Assembly: GCA_964633865.1 (NCBI GenBank)
Contig: CAZWIJ010000001.1
Span: 2,352 to 66,351 of the forward strand
Direction of reading: 5' to 3'
DNA length: 64,000 bases
Origin: an uncultured Candidatus Saccharibacteria bacterium
Lineage (GTDB): Bacteria > Patescibacteriota > Minisyncoccia > SW-4-49-11
Positions 49,132-59,069 of this stretch are shown here, in pieces. A program made the position numbers and the translations under genes. Under the pieces are notes generated by a model. The model saw only the letters and a list, made by a program, of their open reading frames with translations. It was not told the DNA's origin and ran no database searches. Numbering within the stretch: position 1 is the stretch's first letter; the number at the start of each line of letters is the position of its first letter.

Positions 49132-50217
49132 ATGGATATATCTACAATTTTGATATTTATTTTGATTTTGTTTGTGGTTGTAATTGGTCATGAGTTTGGT
49201 CATTTTATTGTTGCAAGGTGGTGTGGAGTAAAGGTTGAAGAATTTGGGTTTGGATTACCTCCTAAATTATTTGGATATAAGCCTAAAAAAAGTGATACAG
49301 AATATACTTTTAACTTATTACCTTTAGGAGGATTTGTGAGACTCTTTGGAGAAGAAGGTGAATTTAAAAATGATTCTAGATCATTTGCATCCAAAACAAA
49401 GTTACAAAAAATAGCTATTTTAGTCGCAGGAGTAACTATGAATCTTATAATTGCTATCATAGTATTTACTATTGTTGGTATGATGGGAAGTGTAACACTA
49501 ATAGAAGATACTGATATTGGTAAAGTAAAAGATCCTGCTATATATGTAGTTGATGTTGCAAAAGAATCACCAGCTGGTGAAAAAGAAATTATGTTAGGAG
49601 ATAAAATAATTTCTATTAATGGAACTGTTATATCTAATAACTCTGATTTACTTAATATTATCAATGATAATAAAGGAAAAGAAATTGATTTAGTTCTAGA
49701 AAGACAAGGGGAATCTCTATCTAAAACACTTTTAGCAAGAGAAAATCCACCAGAAGGGCAAGGTTCTATGGGAATAGGTTTTTCTTTAGGAGGATTATTG
49801 AAGCTTAACTTTTGGGATGCTTTTGTTAGTTCACTAACAAGAATATACTTCATTTTTTATATGACATTTTATACTTTGTGGCAATTATTTATTGGTATTT
49901 TTGTTGATACTCAATTACCAGCAGGAGCTAGTTTCACAGGTCCAATTGGAATTGTAAAAGAAGTTGGTAATGCTCAAGCTATGGGAATTTCTTATTTATT
50001 GATGATTACAGGAATGATAAGTACTAGCTTAGCTTTCTTTAATATATTACCTATACCTGCATTAGATGGAGGGAGAATTTTATTTATATTAATAGAAATG
50101 ATAAAAAAATCTCCTATAAATAAAGAATTAGAAGCTAAGTTTCATTTGACAGGGTATCTATTATTAATAGGCTTAATGTTATTTATAACATTTAGAGATA
50201 TAATTAATTTATTTTAG
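49132..50217 (+). CDS. rseP: RIP site-2 zinc metalloprotease RseP
   Basis: 'HEFGHFIVAR' (HExxH) in TM1, a PDZ domain and a C-terminal LDG motif 'ALDGGRIL'. Confidence 0.8.
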   Translation: MDISTILIFILILFVVVIGHEFGHFIVARWCGVKVEEFGFGLPPKLFGYKPKKSDTEYTFNLLPLGGFVRLFGEEGEFKNDSRSFASKTKLQKIAILVAGVTMNLIIAIIVFTIVGMMGSVTLIEDTDIGKVKDPAIYVVDVAKESPAGEKEIMLGDKIISINGTVISNNSDLLNIINDNKGKEIDLVLERQGESLSKTLLARENPPEGQGSMGIGFSLGGLLKLNFWDAFVSSLTRIYFIFYMTFYTLWQLFIGIFVDTQLPAGASFTGPIGIVKEVGNAQAMGISYLLMITGMISTSLAFFNILPIPALDGGRILFILIEMIKKSPINKELEAKFHLTGYLLLIGLMLFITFRDIINLF

Positions 50218-50219
50218 GA

Positions 50220-51896
50220 ATGAATAGTCTTAGGAGTATAAAATTAGATTTAGAAAATGAATTAAATAAACTATTAGATTTAAATCAAGATATAATTTTT
50301 GAATATCCAATATTTGAATTTGGTGATATTGCTCTTCCTTGTTTTCAATTTTCTGCAAAACTAAAAAAATCTCCTAATGAAATTGCTAATTTTATTAAAG
50401 ATAATTTACTTTTAGATTATATTGAAAAATTTGAGGTAAAAGATGCTTATCTTAATATTTATCTTAAATCTGATATCATATACAATATTTTAAATCATAT
50501 AGAAATACAGCAAGAAGATTCTATCAAGAAAAAAGTTGTGATTGAATTTTGTTCTCCTAATACTAACAAGCCTCTTCATCTTGGTCATCTTCGCAATATA
50601 GCTTTAGGAGAATCTATCTCAGCAATTATAAAATCACAAGGTCATAAAGTTGTAAAGACTCAAATTTTTAATGACAGAGGAATTGCTCTTGCAAAAATGA
50701 TGTTAATTTATGATAAGTTTTATAAGAATAAATCTAATTTAGATTATAATATAAAAAAAGATCATTTCACAGGCAAACTATATACTGAATTTGAACAAAA
50801 AGTTTTTGATAATCCAGAATTTGAACAGGAAGCTCAAGATATTCTGAAGAAATGGGAAGAAAAAGATCCTTATTGGCAGGATATTTGGTTAAAATTAAGA
50901 AATTGGACAGTGCAAGGACAAAGAGAGACTTTTGATAGATTAGGAACAACTTTTGATGAAGAATTATTTGAGTCAGATATTTATCAAGATGGTAAACAAG
51001 AAGTAATTAAAGGGTTAGAGGAAAATATTTTTAAGAAAGATCAAGAAAATGGTTATATTTATGCTGATTTAGAATCATTTGATTTACCTAATAAAATTCT
51101 AATGCGGTCAAATGGTACAAGTCTTTATATTACTCAAGATATTAGTTTATTGAAAAAAAGATTGCAAGGCGAATCAAAATGTTATGGTTTTGATAAAATG
51201 ATTTATATAACAGCATTAGAACAAAATTTACAATTCCAACAGTTATTTGCTATTGTTAATCAATTAGGAATAAAAAATAATGGACTTTATCATATAGGTT
51301 ATGGATTTATGAGAATCCCAGAAGGAAAGATGAGTTCTAGAAAAGGAACGGTTGTTAATATAGATAATTTATTAGATTCTATTGAAAATGAAATATTACA
51401 AGAATATTTTATAGAATCAGATTTGTCATTAGAAGAAAAAACTAAAAGGATAAAAGTTATTGTAAAAGCATCTTATTTATTTTATTTATTACATATTAAT
51501 TCAAAAAAAGATATTGTCTTTGACACAAAGTCTTCAATCAAATTACAAGGAAAAACAGGACCTTATATACTGTATACTGTTGCTAGATTGAATTCAATTT
51601 TAGAAAAATCTAATCCTAAATTAGATAAAGAATATAACTTTGAAACAGAAAAGGAATTAATTATGCAGACTATCAAATTTTGGGAATATAGAGATATGTC
51701 TGCTAAAAATTTTGATCCTTCTATTTTAGCTCAATATTTATATGATTTGTCTGTTATTTTTAATACATATTATCATCAGACTAAGGTTGTGGGAGATAAA
51801 AATGAATTAGCTAAAGCTTATATATTAGAAAAAGTTAATATTATAATAAAATATGGTCTTTCATTATTAAAAATAGAAACATTAGATACAATGTAA
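50220..51896 (+). CDS. argS: arginyl-tRNA synthetase
   Basis: 'EFCSPNTNKPLHLGHLRNIALG' and a DALR-type C-terminal domain. 558 aa. Confidence 0.8.
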   Translation: MNSLRSIKLDLENELNKLLDLNQDIIFEYPIFEFGDIALPCFQFSAKLKKSPNEIANFIKDNLLLDYIEKFEVKDAYLNIYLKSDIIYNILNHIEIQQEDSIKKKVVIEFCSPNTNKPLHLGHLRNIALGESISAIIKSQGHKVVKTQIFNDRGIALAKMMLIYDKFYKNKSNLDYNIKKDHFTGKLYTEFEQKVFDNPEFEQEAQDILKKWEEKDPYWQDIWLKLRNWTVQGQRETFDRLGTTFDEELFESDIYQDGKQEVIKGLEENIFKKDQENGYIYADLESFDLPNKILMRSNGTSLYITQDISLLKKRLQGESKCYGFDKMIYITALEQNLQFQQLFAIVNQLGIKNNGLYHIGYGFMRIPEGKMSSRKGTVVNIDNLLDSIENEILQEYFIESDLSLEEKTKRIKVIVKASYLFYLLHINSKKDIVFDTKSSIKLQGKTGPYILYTVARLNSILEKSNPKLDKEYNFETEKELIMQTIKFWEYRDMSAKNFDPSILAQYLYDLSVIFNTYYHQTKVVGDKNELAKAYILEKVNIIIKYGLSLLKIETLDTM

Positions 51897-51897
51897 T

Positions 51898-53286
51898 ATG
51901 GCTGAAAGGAAACCAAAATTTGTTAAAAATGAGCCACCAAAAGAAGCTATAATTAATAGAATTCCTCCTCAAGCTCTAGAGATGGAAGAATCTATTTTAG
52001 GTGCTATTTTGATTGATAAAGATTCTATTTTGAAAGTAGTAGATATTTTGAATATAGATGACTTTTATCAAGAAAAAAATGGTCTGATATATGAGATAAT
52101 GTTACATTTATTTAATAACAAAGAGCCAATTGACATATTGACCGTATCTCAAAAATTAGATATAAAAGATCAATTAGACTCAATTGGTGGAGAGGAATAT
52201 TTAGCATATCTTGCAAGTCTAGTACCATCATCAGCTCATCTTTATCATTATGCAAATACTGTAAAGCAAAAATCTACTTTGAGAAAATTAATTTCTGCGG
52301 GCTCTTCTATTGTAGAAATGGGGTTTGATGAAGCAACAGAAATAGAAACTTTATTGGATCAATCAGAACAAGAAGTCTTTAAGATATCTCAAAAAATTGT
52401 TAAACAAGATTATGTTAAGATGTCAGATGCACTTAATGATGCCTTTGATAGAATAGATGAAGTTCATAATAATGGTGTCTCTATGAAAGGAGTGAAAACT
52501 GGATTTAAGGCTCTTGACAATGCTCTTGGAGGATTGCATCCTGCCAACTTAATTATACTTGCGGCTAGACCTTCAGTAGGAAAAACCTCTCTAGCTCTTG
52601 ATATTACTAAAAATGTATCCCTTCATTCTGAAAAAGCTGTGGTTTTCTTTAGTCTAGAAATGTCACAGGAAGAAGTCGTAGATAGGCTTATAAGCTCTGA
52701 GGCAAGAGTAGATTTATTCAAGATGAAAACAGGAAAACTAAGTGCAATGGATTTTGAGCTTTTAGCACCAGCAATGGATTCCTTATCTAGATCAGAATTA
52801 TTTATAGAAGATACACCAGGAACAAGTGTGATGAGAATGAGAGCAATTTTGAGGAGAGTTTTGACAGAGACAAAATCACTAGGATTAGTAGTAATTGACT
52901 ATTTACAGTTAATGGAGTCTTCAATCAAAAATGATAATATTGTACAACAAGTATCAGATATATCTAGATCACTAAAAGGATTAGCAAGAGAATTTGAAGT
53001 CCCTGTAATAGCTTTATCTCAGTTATCTAGATCAGTAGAGAATAGATCACCGCAAATCCCAAGATTATCTGACCTAAGGGAATCAGGGTCTATCGAGCAA
53101 GATGCTGATGTAGTAATGTTTATTTATCGTGAAGAAAGAGAAAATCCAGATACCGAAAGAAAAGGTATTGCAGAAATTCATATAGCCAAACAAAGAAATG
53201 GTCCGATTGGAAAAGTTGATTTAGGATTTAGAAAGGAATATGCGACATTCACCAACTTAGATTATCATCATAATGAAAATAATTAA
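51898..53286 (+). CDS. dnaB: replicative DNA helicase DnaB
   Basis: 'PPQALEMEESILGAILID', Walker A 'ARPSVGKTSLALDI', and 'LSQLSRSVE'. Confidence 0.85.
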   Translation: MAERKPKFVKNEPPKEAIINRIPPQALEMEESILGAILIDKDSILKVVDILNIDDFYQEKNGLIYEIMLHLFNNKEPIDILTVSQKLDIKDQLDSIGGEEYLAYLASLVPSSAHLYHYANTVKQKSTLRKLISAGSSIVEMGFDEATEIETLLDQSEQEVFKISQKIVKQDYVKMSDALNDAFDRIDEVHNNGVSMKGVKTGFKALDNALGGLHPANLIILAARPSVGKTSLALDITKNVSLHSEKAVVFFSLEMSQEEVVDRLISSEARVDLFKMKTGKLSAMDFELLAPAMDSLSRSELFIEDTPGTSVMRMRAILRRVLTETKSLGLVVIDYLQLMESSIKNDNIVQQVSDISRSLKGLAREFEVPVIALSQLSRSVENRSPQIPRLSDLRESGSIEQDADVVMFIYREERENPDTERKGIAEIHIAKQRNGPIGKVDLGFRKEYATFTNLDYHHNENN

Positions 53287-53289
53287 TTT

Positions 53290-53889
53290 ATGAGTAAAAT
53301 AAAAATACCAGATTCATTAGAGGATTTGATTTTAGATTTGAAAAGGTTCCCATCAGTCGGAAAAAAAACAGCTACGAGATATGCTTATTGGCTTATATCA
53401 CAAGATCAAGAATATTTAACTGCACTTGCAAAAAAAGTACACTATATAAAAAAGTTGATCAAAGTTTGTAAGATTTGTGGGAATAAATCAAAGGCAGATA
53501 TCTGTGAGATTTGCATGGATAAATCAAGAGAAAATGGAGTTTTATGTATTGTAGAGCAAGCAGAAGATATTTTACAAATAGAAAAAACCGAAGTATTCAA
53601 AGGAAAATATCATGTTTTGGGAGGAATTATTGACCCTTTGAATAAAACGAATTTTGAAGATTTATCCTTTGATAAATTATCTCTTAGGATCAATAATGAA
53701 AATATTCAGGAATTAATTATTGCCCTTGGGAATACTGTACAAGGAGATGTAACAACTCTAGCTATTAGAGATTTGTTCAGAGATAGAGATCTAAAGATTT
53801 CTATTTTGGGAAGGGGATTATCTACAGGAGCTATGATAGAGTATATAGATACGGATACTCTAAGAGAGGCTTTTCAGAATAAGAGGTAG
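53290..53889 (+). CDS. recR: recombination protein RecR
   Basis: HhH 'FPSVGKKTATRYAYWL', Zn finger 'CKICGNKSKADICEIC', and a Toprim domain. Confidence 0.85.
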   Translation: MSKIKIPDSLEDLILDLKRFPSVGKKTATRYAYWLISQDQEYLTALAKKVHYIKKLIKVCKICGNKSKADICEICMDKSRENGVLCIVEQAEDILQIEKTEVFKGKYHVLGGIIDPLNKTNFEDLSFDKLSLRINNENIQELIIALGNTVQGDVTTLAIRDLFRDRDLKISILGRGLSTGAMIEYIDTDTLREAFQNKR

Positions 53890-54035
53890 GGAATTATGAT
53901 TTTTTATAGAGTATTCAGGATAAATAATCATTTCATATGAAACTGAATACCTTCTAAAATATAGACACTATAATATTCATATGTTATCATTATCTCATAT
54001 TAGAAAACATTCTCTGAGAGAATATAAAAATTAAT

Positions 54036-54752
54036 ATGAACCTAGAATCTAGATTTTTAAATGAAATATTAAATTTATTTTCTAAAGATAGAATTATCTG
54101 TATTTTGTTTTATGGAACAAATGCTTTTAATAGAAGTGAGAGCAAATTTAGTGATTATGACTTCTATGTGATGTTTGACAAATTCTTAAAAGAAGATGAT
54201 ATTTTGATTAAACAACTGATAAATTTATTCCCAAATCTAAATATAGATATAACATATCAATATTTAGAAGATTTAGAAAAAATAGGTTGGCAAAATTATC
54301 AATTGGGGAATCATGGATTATTTTATATGTTAAATTTTGCTCAAGCTATATTATTATATGGATATAATATATTTCAAAGAAAGTTAATTTTGATTGATAA
54401 TGACAAGTTAAGAGAATCTATCTTGTTTCAGATACAAGAATATTTTTGGCGACTTGACAATTGGTTTTTAAAAGAAGATGAAAATGAATTATTGTATTCT
54501 AGATATAAAAAATATGTAATTAGAATATTAGTAGATATTCTTTTATTCAACGGAGATATTTCATTTCAAGAAATAAATGTGAAATTGTATAAGGAAATTA
54601 TTCAATTAGTAAACATAAAACCCTATATATCCGATGAAACAAAACAAAAATTAAAAGAAATATATATAATTAATAATAAACCGAATATATATGAATTTAG
54701 AGAACTAAAAAGACTTATTTATGAAGATTATTTAATAATTTTACAACAATGA
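54036..54752 (+). CDS. Pol-beta-superfamily nucleotidyltransferase (ANT/KNTase-like)
   Basis: Minimal NTase motif 'YGTNAFNRSESKFSDYDFYV' (G[ST]-x10-SDYD) plus a C-terminal helical domain. 238 aa, similar in size to aminoglycoside/lincosamide nucleotidyltransferases. Confidence 0.45.
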   Translation: MNLESRFLNEILNLFSKDRIICILFYGTNAFNRSESKFSDYDFYVMFDKFLKEDDILIKQLINLFPNLNIDITYQYLEDLEKIGWQNYQLGNHGLFYMLNFAQAILLYGYNIFQRKLILIDNDKLRESILFQIQEYFWRLDNWFLKEDENELLYSRYKKYVIRILVDILLFNGDISFQEINVKLYKEIIQLVNIKPYISDETKQKLKEIYIINNKPNIYEFRELKRLIYEDYLIILQQ

Positions 54753-55495
54753 TAATTAGAATTTCATTAAACCAATCACTTAGCGGAGATATTTATTTAC
54801 CTGTTAATAGCAATAATAAAACTATTATATTTTTGGGAGGTATGCCTTCTTATTTTTATAAAAATTCTATTTCAGAAAATTTATCACAAGTTGGCTTTAC
54901 AGTTATACAACCTTTTTATTATGGCTCATGGGTATCTAATGGTGATTTTTCAGCTAAAAATTGTATACAGACAATTACTGATACAATACAAGCTATAAAT
55001 AATAATACTATAATCAATTCATACAATAATCAACTACTAAATTTAGATTCCAAAGAAATTTACTTGATGGGAACTAGTTTTGGGTCTACTTTAGTACAAA
55101 TTTATAAAGATTCAGAATATAAATTAGAAAAAAGAATTTGCCTAGCTGGAATACCAGTTTTTGAACAAAAATATAATCAACAAATTCATTTTAATCATTT
55201 AGAATTTATAGATTTTATCAAAAGAGGATTTAAAAATTTATACCGTTCAGATTCTTGGCAAGAATGGGAGAAAGAATTATCAGGAAATGGAGAGTTTTTT
55301 CATGATTTAAATTTAAACCCAGATTATTTATTTTTACAAGCGAAAGACGATAATATGGCAAATTATAGTCTAATCAGCTCTTATGCACAAGAAAAACAAA
55401 TTAAAGCAAATATAGTTGAAATAAATGGAAAGCATTCTTTAGAATCTTTTGATACTTTACAAATAACTAAAAATATTATAGAATTTACATCGTAG
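54749..55495 (+). CDS. alpha/beta-hydrolase-fold protein
   Basis: 'LMGTSFGST' (GxSxG). The start overlaps the upstream stop by 4 nt (ATGA). Confidence 0.4.
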   Translation: MIIRISLNQSLSGDIYLPVNSNNKTIIFLGGMPSYFYKNSISENLSQVGFTVIQPFYYGSWVSNGDFSAKNCIQTITDTIQAINNNTIINSYNNQLLNLDSKEIYLMGTSFGSTLVQIYKDSEYKLEKRICLAGIPVFEQKYNQQIHFNHLEFIDFIKRGFKNLYRSDSWQEWEKELSGNGEFFHDLNLNPDYLFLQAKDDNMANYSLISSYAQEKQIKANIVEINGKHSLESFDTLQITKNIIEFTS

Positions 55496-55527
55496 TCAAT
55501 TTTAATATCTTGAGGATATAATTTAAA

Positions 55528-56661
55528 ATGATTAATTGTACTAGTACTTTACCAATTCGCCCTAGAAACAATCCCTTTATAGGTTATTATAGTATTCATG
55601 TAATAGCTGATATTATTTCTAGAATTAACCACATGCCTTTTCTTTATCCTATTAATTTATTAGGAATGATTGCTGTTCAAGAAAAAGATGTAAAAATCCA
55701 TTTAGACAATATTATGGATTTAAAAATAATTCCTAATAAAATTATAAAAGACTCTGACCTTCTGAAAACTAATATAGTAGAGAAAGTTATTAAAAAAGGT
55801 TTGGAAGAAGGTTGGATAATTGAAGAGTCTAGAAGATTTTATTCTTGTAGTTGTGGAAAGACTGAGTTTATAGAAGAAATGGAAAATCTTTTTGAAAGAA
55901 AGTCTAAAAGGACTGTCTATAAAATAATTAATAATACTCCTATTTGCAATTTTTGTAATAGTGAGGCTGTTATGTATGATGAGATAGTGCTGCTATTAAA
56001 AATCCCAGTTGATATTTTACTTTTTAATCAAATTATTTTTATACAAGATTATTTTGAAAAAGATTTAAAAAATCAATTGAAAGAATTGAGAGGAAAAGAT
56101 ATATTAATAAGTAGAAAAAGAAGTAGAGGGGTTTCTATTTTGCTTTATAATAAATTATTTTATATGGATATAGATTTCATATATATGATTTATTTATACT
56201 ATCTGTATGAAATGGGGTTTTATGTTGATACATTTATAATTGGATCAAAAATAGCCAAACAAACTGCTATGTCATTAATTGTATCTTCATTAATGAATAT
56301 ACAACTTCCTAATAAAATTGTTGCTATACCTTATCTTTCTTTTACTAATGATCTAAACATTAGTACATTTGAATTTCTAACTTTGTATGGAGGTAAAAAC
56401 TTACGGCTAATTCTTTCTACTAGTTTTGGAGCTAATAAAAAAGAGTTGAATTTGAACTCAAGTTTTATATATCAGGCTAAACAATCTTTGAATAATAAAA
56501 ATTATGATTTAACTTGTAAAAAGTATTGCCCGTTGGATTTTATATCCTTGTGGCAAGGATATTCAGTAGATAAAATTATGAGATTAGTTTCTAGTTTAAG
56601 AAAGCCATCCATAAATCTTAGTGAAAAAGACAAATTACTTCTAGAATATTTAATAGGTTAA
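55528..56661 (+). CDS. hypothetical protein with C4 zinc-ribbon (CSCG…CNFC)
   Basis: 377-aa ORF with a clean terminator after it. Cys pairs 'CSCGKTEF' and 'CNFCNSEA'. Confidence 0.35.
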   Translation: MINCTSTLPIRPRNNPFIGYYSIHVIADIISRINHMPFLYPINLLGMIAVQEKDVKIHLDNIMDLKIIPNKIIKDSDLLKTNIVEKVIKKGLEEGWIIEESRRFYSCSCGKTEFIEEMENLFERKSKRTVYKIINNTPICNFCNSEAVMYDEIVLLLKIPVDILLFNQIIFIQDYFEKDLKNQLKELRGKDILISRKRSRGVSILLYNKLFYMDIDFIYMIYLYYLYEMGFYVDTFIIGSKIAKQTAMSLIVSSLMNIQLPNKIVAIPYLSFTNDLNISTFEFLTLYGGKNLRLILSTSFGANKKELNLNSSFIYQAKQSLNNKNYDLTCKKYCPLDFISLWQGYSVDKIMRLVSSLRKPSINLSEKDKLLLEYLIG

Positions 56662-56669
56662 TTTATTAT

Positions 56670-56704
56670 AAGGATATATATTATTTGATATATCCTTTTT
56701 TTTA
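56670..56704 (+). terminator. rho-independent terminator
   Basis: 10-bp stem AAGGATATAT/ATATATCCTT, an 8-nt loop, then TTTTTTT. Confidence 0.55.
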
Positions 56705-56748
56705 TTTCTACTCAAAACTATACATCCATTTTTTCTACTTATCAATAC

Positions 56749-57546
56749 TTATATATCTTTCACAATCTCCCCATAAACTGATTGAATAGCTTTTTTATTC
56801 CCATCATATTTTACTCTGTCTATAGCTTTTTCTACAGATAAAAATTCAAATTCTGTATGCTCATCACTTAGGATAATTTCATTGTTTTCTTCTAATTTAT
56901 AACCAAAAACATATTCTGAAAGCTCATATCCTTCACTTCCAATATACCAAAAAACACAATTTGTTTTGATTAAATTTTCTAATTTTGTATTTAATGAAAG
57001 TTCTTCTTGTAATTCCCTCAAAGCATTTTCTGCAAGTAATCCTTTCATATGAACTCCACCTGTAATAGTTTGCCAAAAAGATCCTTTCTTTGGACTTCTC
57101 TTTAAAACAAGAAACTTAGGTTCATTATTTATAATTCTATAACAAACCACATTCGCCTGACAAATTCTATCATTTGTAATAATAGCTTGTATTTTTTGTT
57201 CCACTCCTTTTTTCTTTAAATATATATCTTTGTTTTTTACTTGAATAAAATTTATAACTATACCAAATTCTAAAGGCAAAATTTCTCTAAAGAATTTATG
57301 ATATAAATCAAAAAATTCTTTTGTGTACTTATTTTTTATTTCTGTTGATAATAATTCGTAATTAGTATATGAGAGTATAATCAAAATTTCTTTGGATTTT
57401 CTATAATTCTGAATATCTTCCAAATGATTTATATATAGAGAGATATCTTTATCTTTAGCATATTGATAAGCAATTGAAGATAGAGCAATATTGTCTGATT
57501 GTAAAAATTCTTCTTTCCAAAATCCTTCAATTATGATTATTTCCAT
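56749..57546 (-). CDS. NUDIX hydrolase with N-terminal domain of unknown function
   Basis: Nudix box 'GGVHMKGLLAENALRELQEELSL' in the C-terminal half. Confidence 0.6.
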   Translation of the reverse strand: MEIIIIEGFWKEEFLQSDNIALSSIAYQYAKDKDISLYINHLEDIQNYRKSKEILIILSYTNYELLSTEIKNKYTKEFFDLYHKFFREILPLEFGIVINFIQVKNKDIYLKKKGVEQKIQAIITNDRICQANVVCYRIINNEPKFLVLKRSPKKGSFWQTITGGVHMKGLLAENALRELQEELSLNTKLENLIKTNCVFWYIGSEGYELSEYVFGYKLEENNEIILSDEHTEFEFLSVEKAIDRVKYDGNKKAIQSVYGEIVKDI

Positions 57547-57691
57547 ATTTTTAAGGGTTATTTAAAGTTAATTATAGAATATTTTCTTTTTTATGTAAAG
57601 AATCAATAATATATCCATAATTCTTTTTCTTGATAAGAATCAATTAATATACTATAATATAAATATCATAATTAATCTAAATTTTAAAAAT

Positions 57692-58615
57692 ATGAATATA
57701 TTAGTAACAGGTGGAGCTGGATTCATTGGATCACATATCGTTGACTCTTTAATTTCTAAAGGTCATAATGTTATAATCATAGATAATATGTTAACAGGTC
57801 AAAAAGATTTAATTAATCCAGAAGCTAAATTTTATCAAGAAGATATAAGAAATTTAGAAGAATTAAATAAAATTATTAAAGAGAATAAAATAGAAAGAAT
57901 TTGTCATCAGGCAGCTCAACTAGATGTTAGGAAATCTGTGGAGAATCCACAATTTGATGCAGAGGTAAATATTATAGGAACTATTAATATCTTCGAATCA
58001 GCTAGACAAAATGGAGTTTCTAAGGTGGTTTTTGCTTCATCAGGTGGAGCAATCTATGGAGATACTGATATTATGCCTACCACAGAGACTCACCCAGAAG
58101 AACCAATTTCTCCTTATGGAATAGCTAAATTGGTAATGGAAAAATATGCACACTATTACAAAGAGATTTACAATTTAGATTATACAGCTCTTAGATATTC
58201 CAATGTTTATGGCCCAAGACAAAATGCTCATGGTGAAGCTGGAGTAGTCGCTATATTCACAGATAGAATGTTGAGAGGAGAGCAGTGCTATATTAATGGA
58301 GATGGAGAAAATACGAGAGATTTCGTATTTGTAGATGATGTTGTAGAAGCAAATGTACAAGCTCTACTAGGAGATTTGACAGGAAAATATAATATTTGTA
58401 CAGAAAAATCAATCTCTATAAATCAGGTATTTGATATTATAAATCAATTATCAGGTGCAAATTTAGAAAGATTATATAGGGAAGCTAAATTAGGAGAACA
58501 AAAACATAGTTGTCTTTCTTATCAAAAAATAAATCAAGCTATCAATTGGCAACCTAAAATTGAAATCACTGAAGGATTAGCTAAAACCGTAGAGTATTTT
58601 AAAAATAAATTATAG
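57692..58615 (+). CDS. NAD-dependent sugar-nucleotide epimerase/dehydratase (GalE-like SDR)
   Basis: 'ILVTGGAGFIGSH', and YxxxK in 'PYGIAKLVMEK'. Confidence 0.8.
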   Translation: MNILVTGGAGFIGSHIVDSLISKGHNVIIIDNMLTGQKDLINPEAKFYQEDIRNLEELNKIIKENKIERICHQAAQLDVRKSVENPQFDAEVNIIGTINIFESARQNGVSKVVFASSGGAIYGDTDIMPTTETHPEEPISPYGIAKLVMEKYAHYYKEIYNLDYTALRYSNVYGPRQNAHGEAGVVAIFTDRMLRGEQCYINGDGENTRDFVFVDDVVEANVQALLGDLTGKYNICTEKSISINQVFDIINQLSGANLERLYREAKLGEQKHSCLSYQKINQAINWQPKIEITEGLAKTVEYFKNKL

Positions 58616-58621
58616 TAAAAT

Positions 58622-59032
58622 ATGGATTTAAAGTTTGATCAGATTATACAAGAAAGTAAAAAAAATCGATTAACTGATAAGACAAAATCTATATTTTTGA
58701 TACTGAAAGAAGAAAATCATCCAATAACTGCTAAATCTATATTAGAGAAAATGAAATCTAAGGATAATAAGGTAGATTTATCTACGGTTTATAGAGCTTT
58801 AAAAAGATTAGTTTTACTTGATATAATAACAAAAGTTATTAGAGAAAATGTGGTTTTGTATGAATTATCAAATCAATTTATCAAACATCATCATCATTTC
58901 ACATGTAATAAATGTCATACAACTTATATATTAGATAATTGTATTGTGGATAAAATTACAAGCGAAGATATAGCAAAATTAGAATCACATTCAATAGAGT
59001 TATTTGGAATTTGTGTAAAATGTAATATTTAG
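58622..59032 (+). CDS. Fur-family metalloregulator (Fur/Zur)
   Basis: A winged helix ('STVYRALKRLV') and metal-site motifs 'HHHHFTCNKCH…CVKCN'. Confidence 0.6.
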   Translation: MDLKFDQIIQESKKNRLTDKTKSIFLILKEENHPITAKSILEKMKSKDNKVDLSTVYRALKRLVLLDIITKVIRENVVLYELSNQFIKHHHHFTCNKCHTTYILDNCIVDKITSEDIAKLESHSIELFGICVKCNI

Positions 59033-59069
59033 CCAAACTGTAATTTAGAGTTAATAAAATGAAAAACCA

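Noticed and set aside
55528-56661. Possibility that the 377-aa zinc-ribbon protein is a degenerate class I aminoacyl-tRNA synthetase paralog
   Set aside because: Only a Cys4 knuckle and vague 'KIAKQTAMS' resemblance to KMSKS. There is no HIGH motif. Similarity is too weak to assert.
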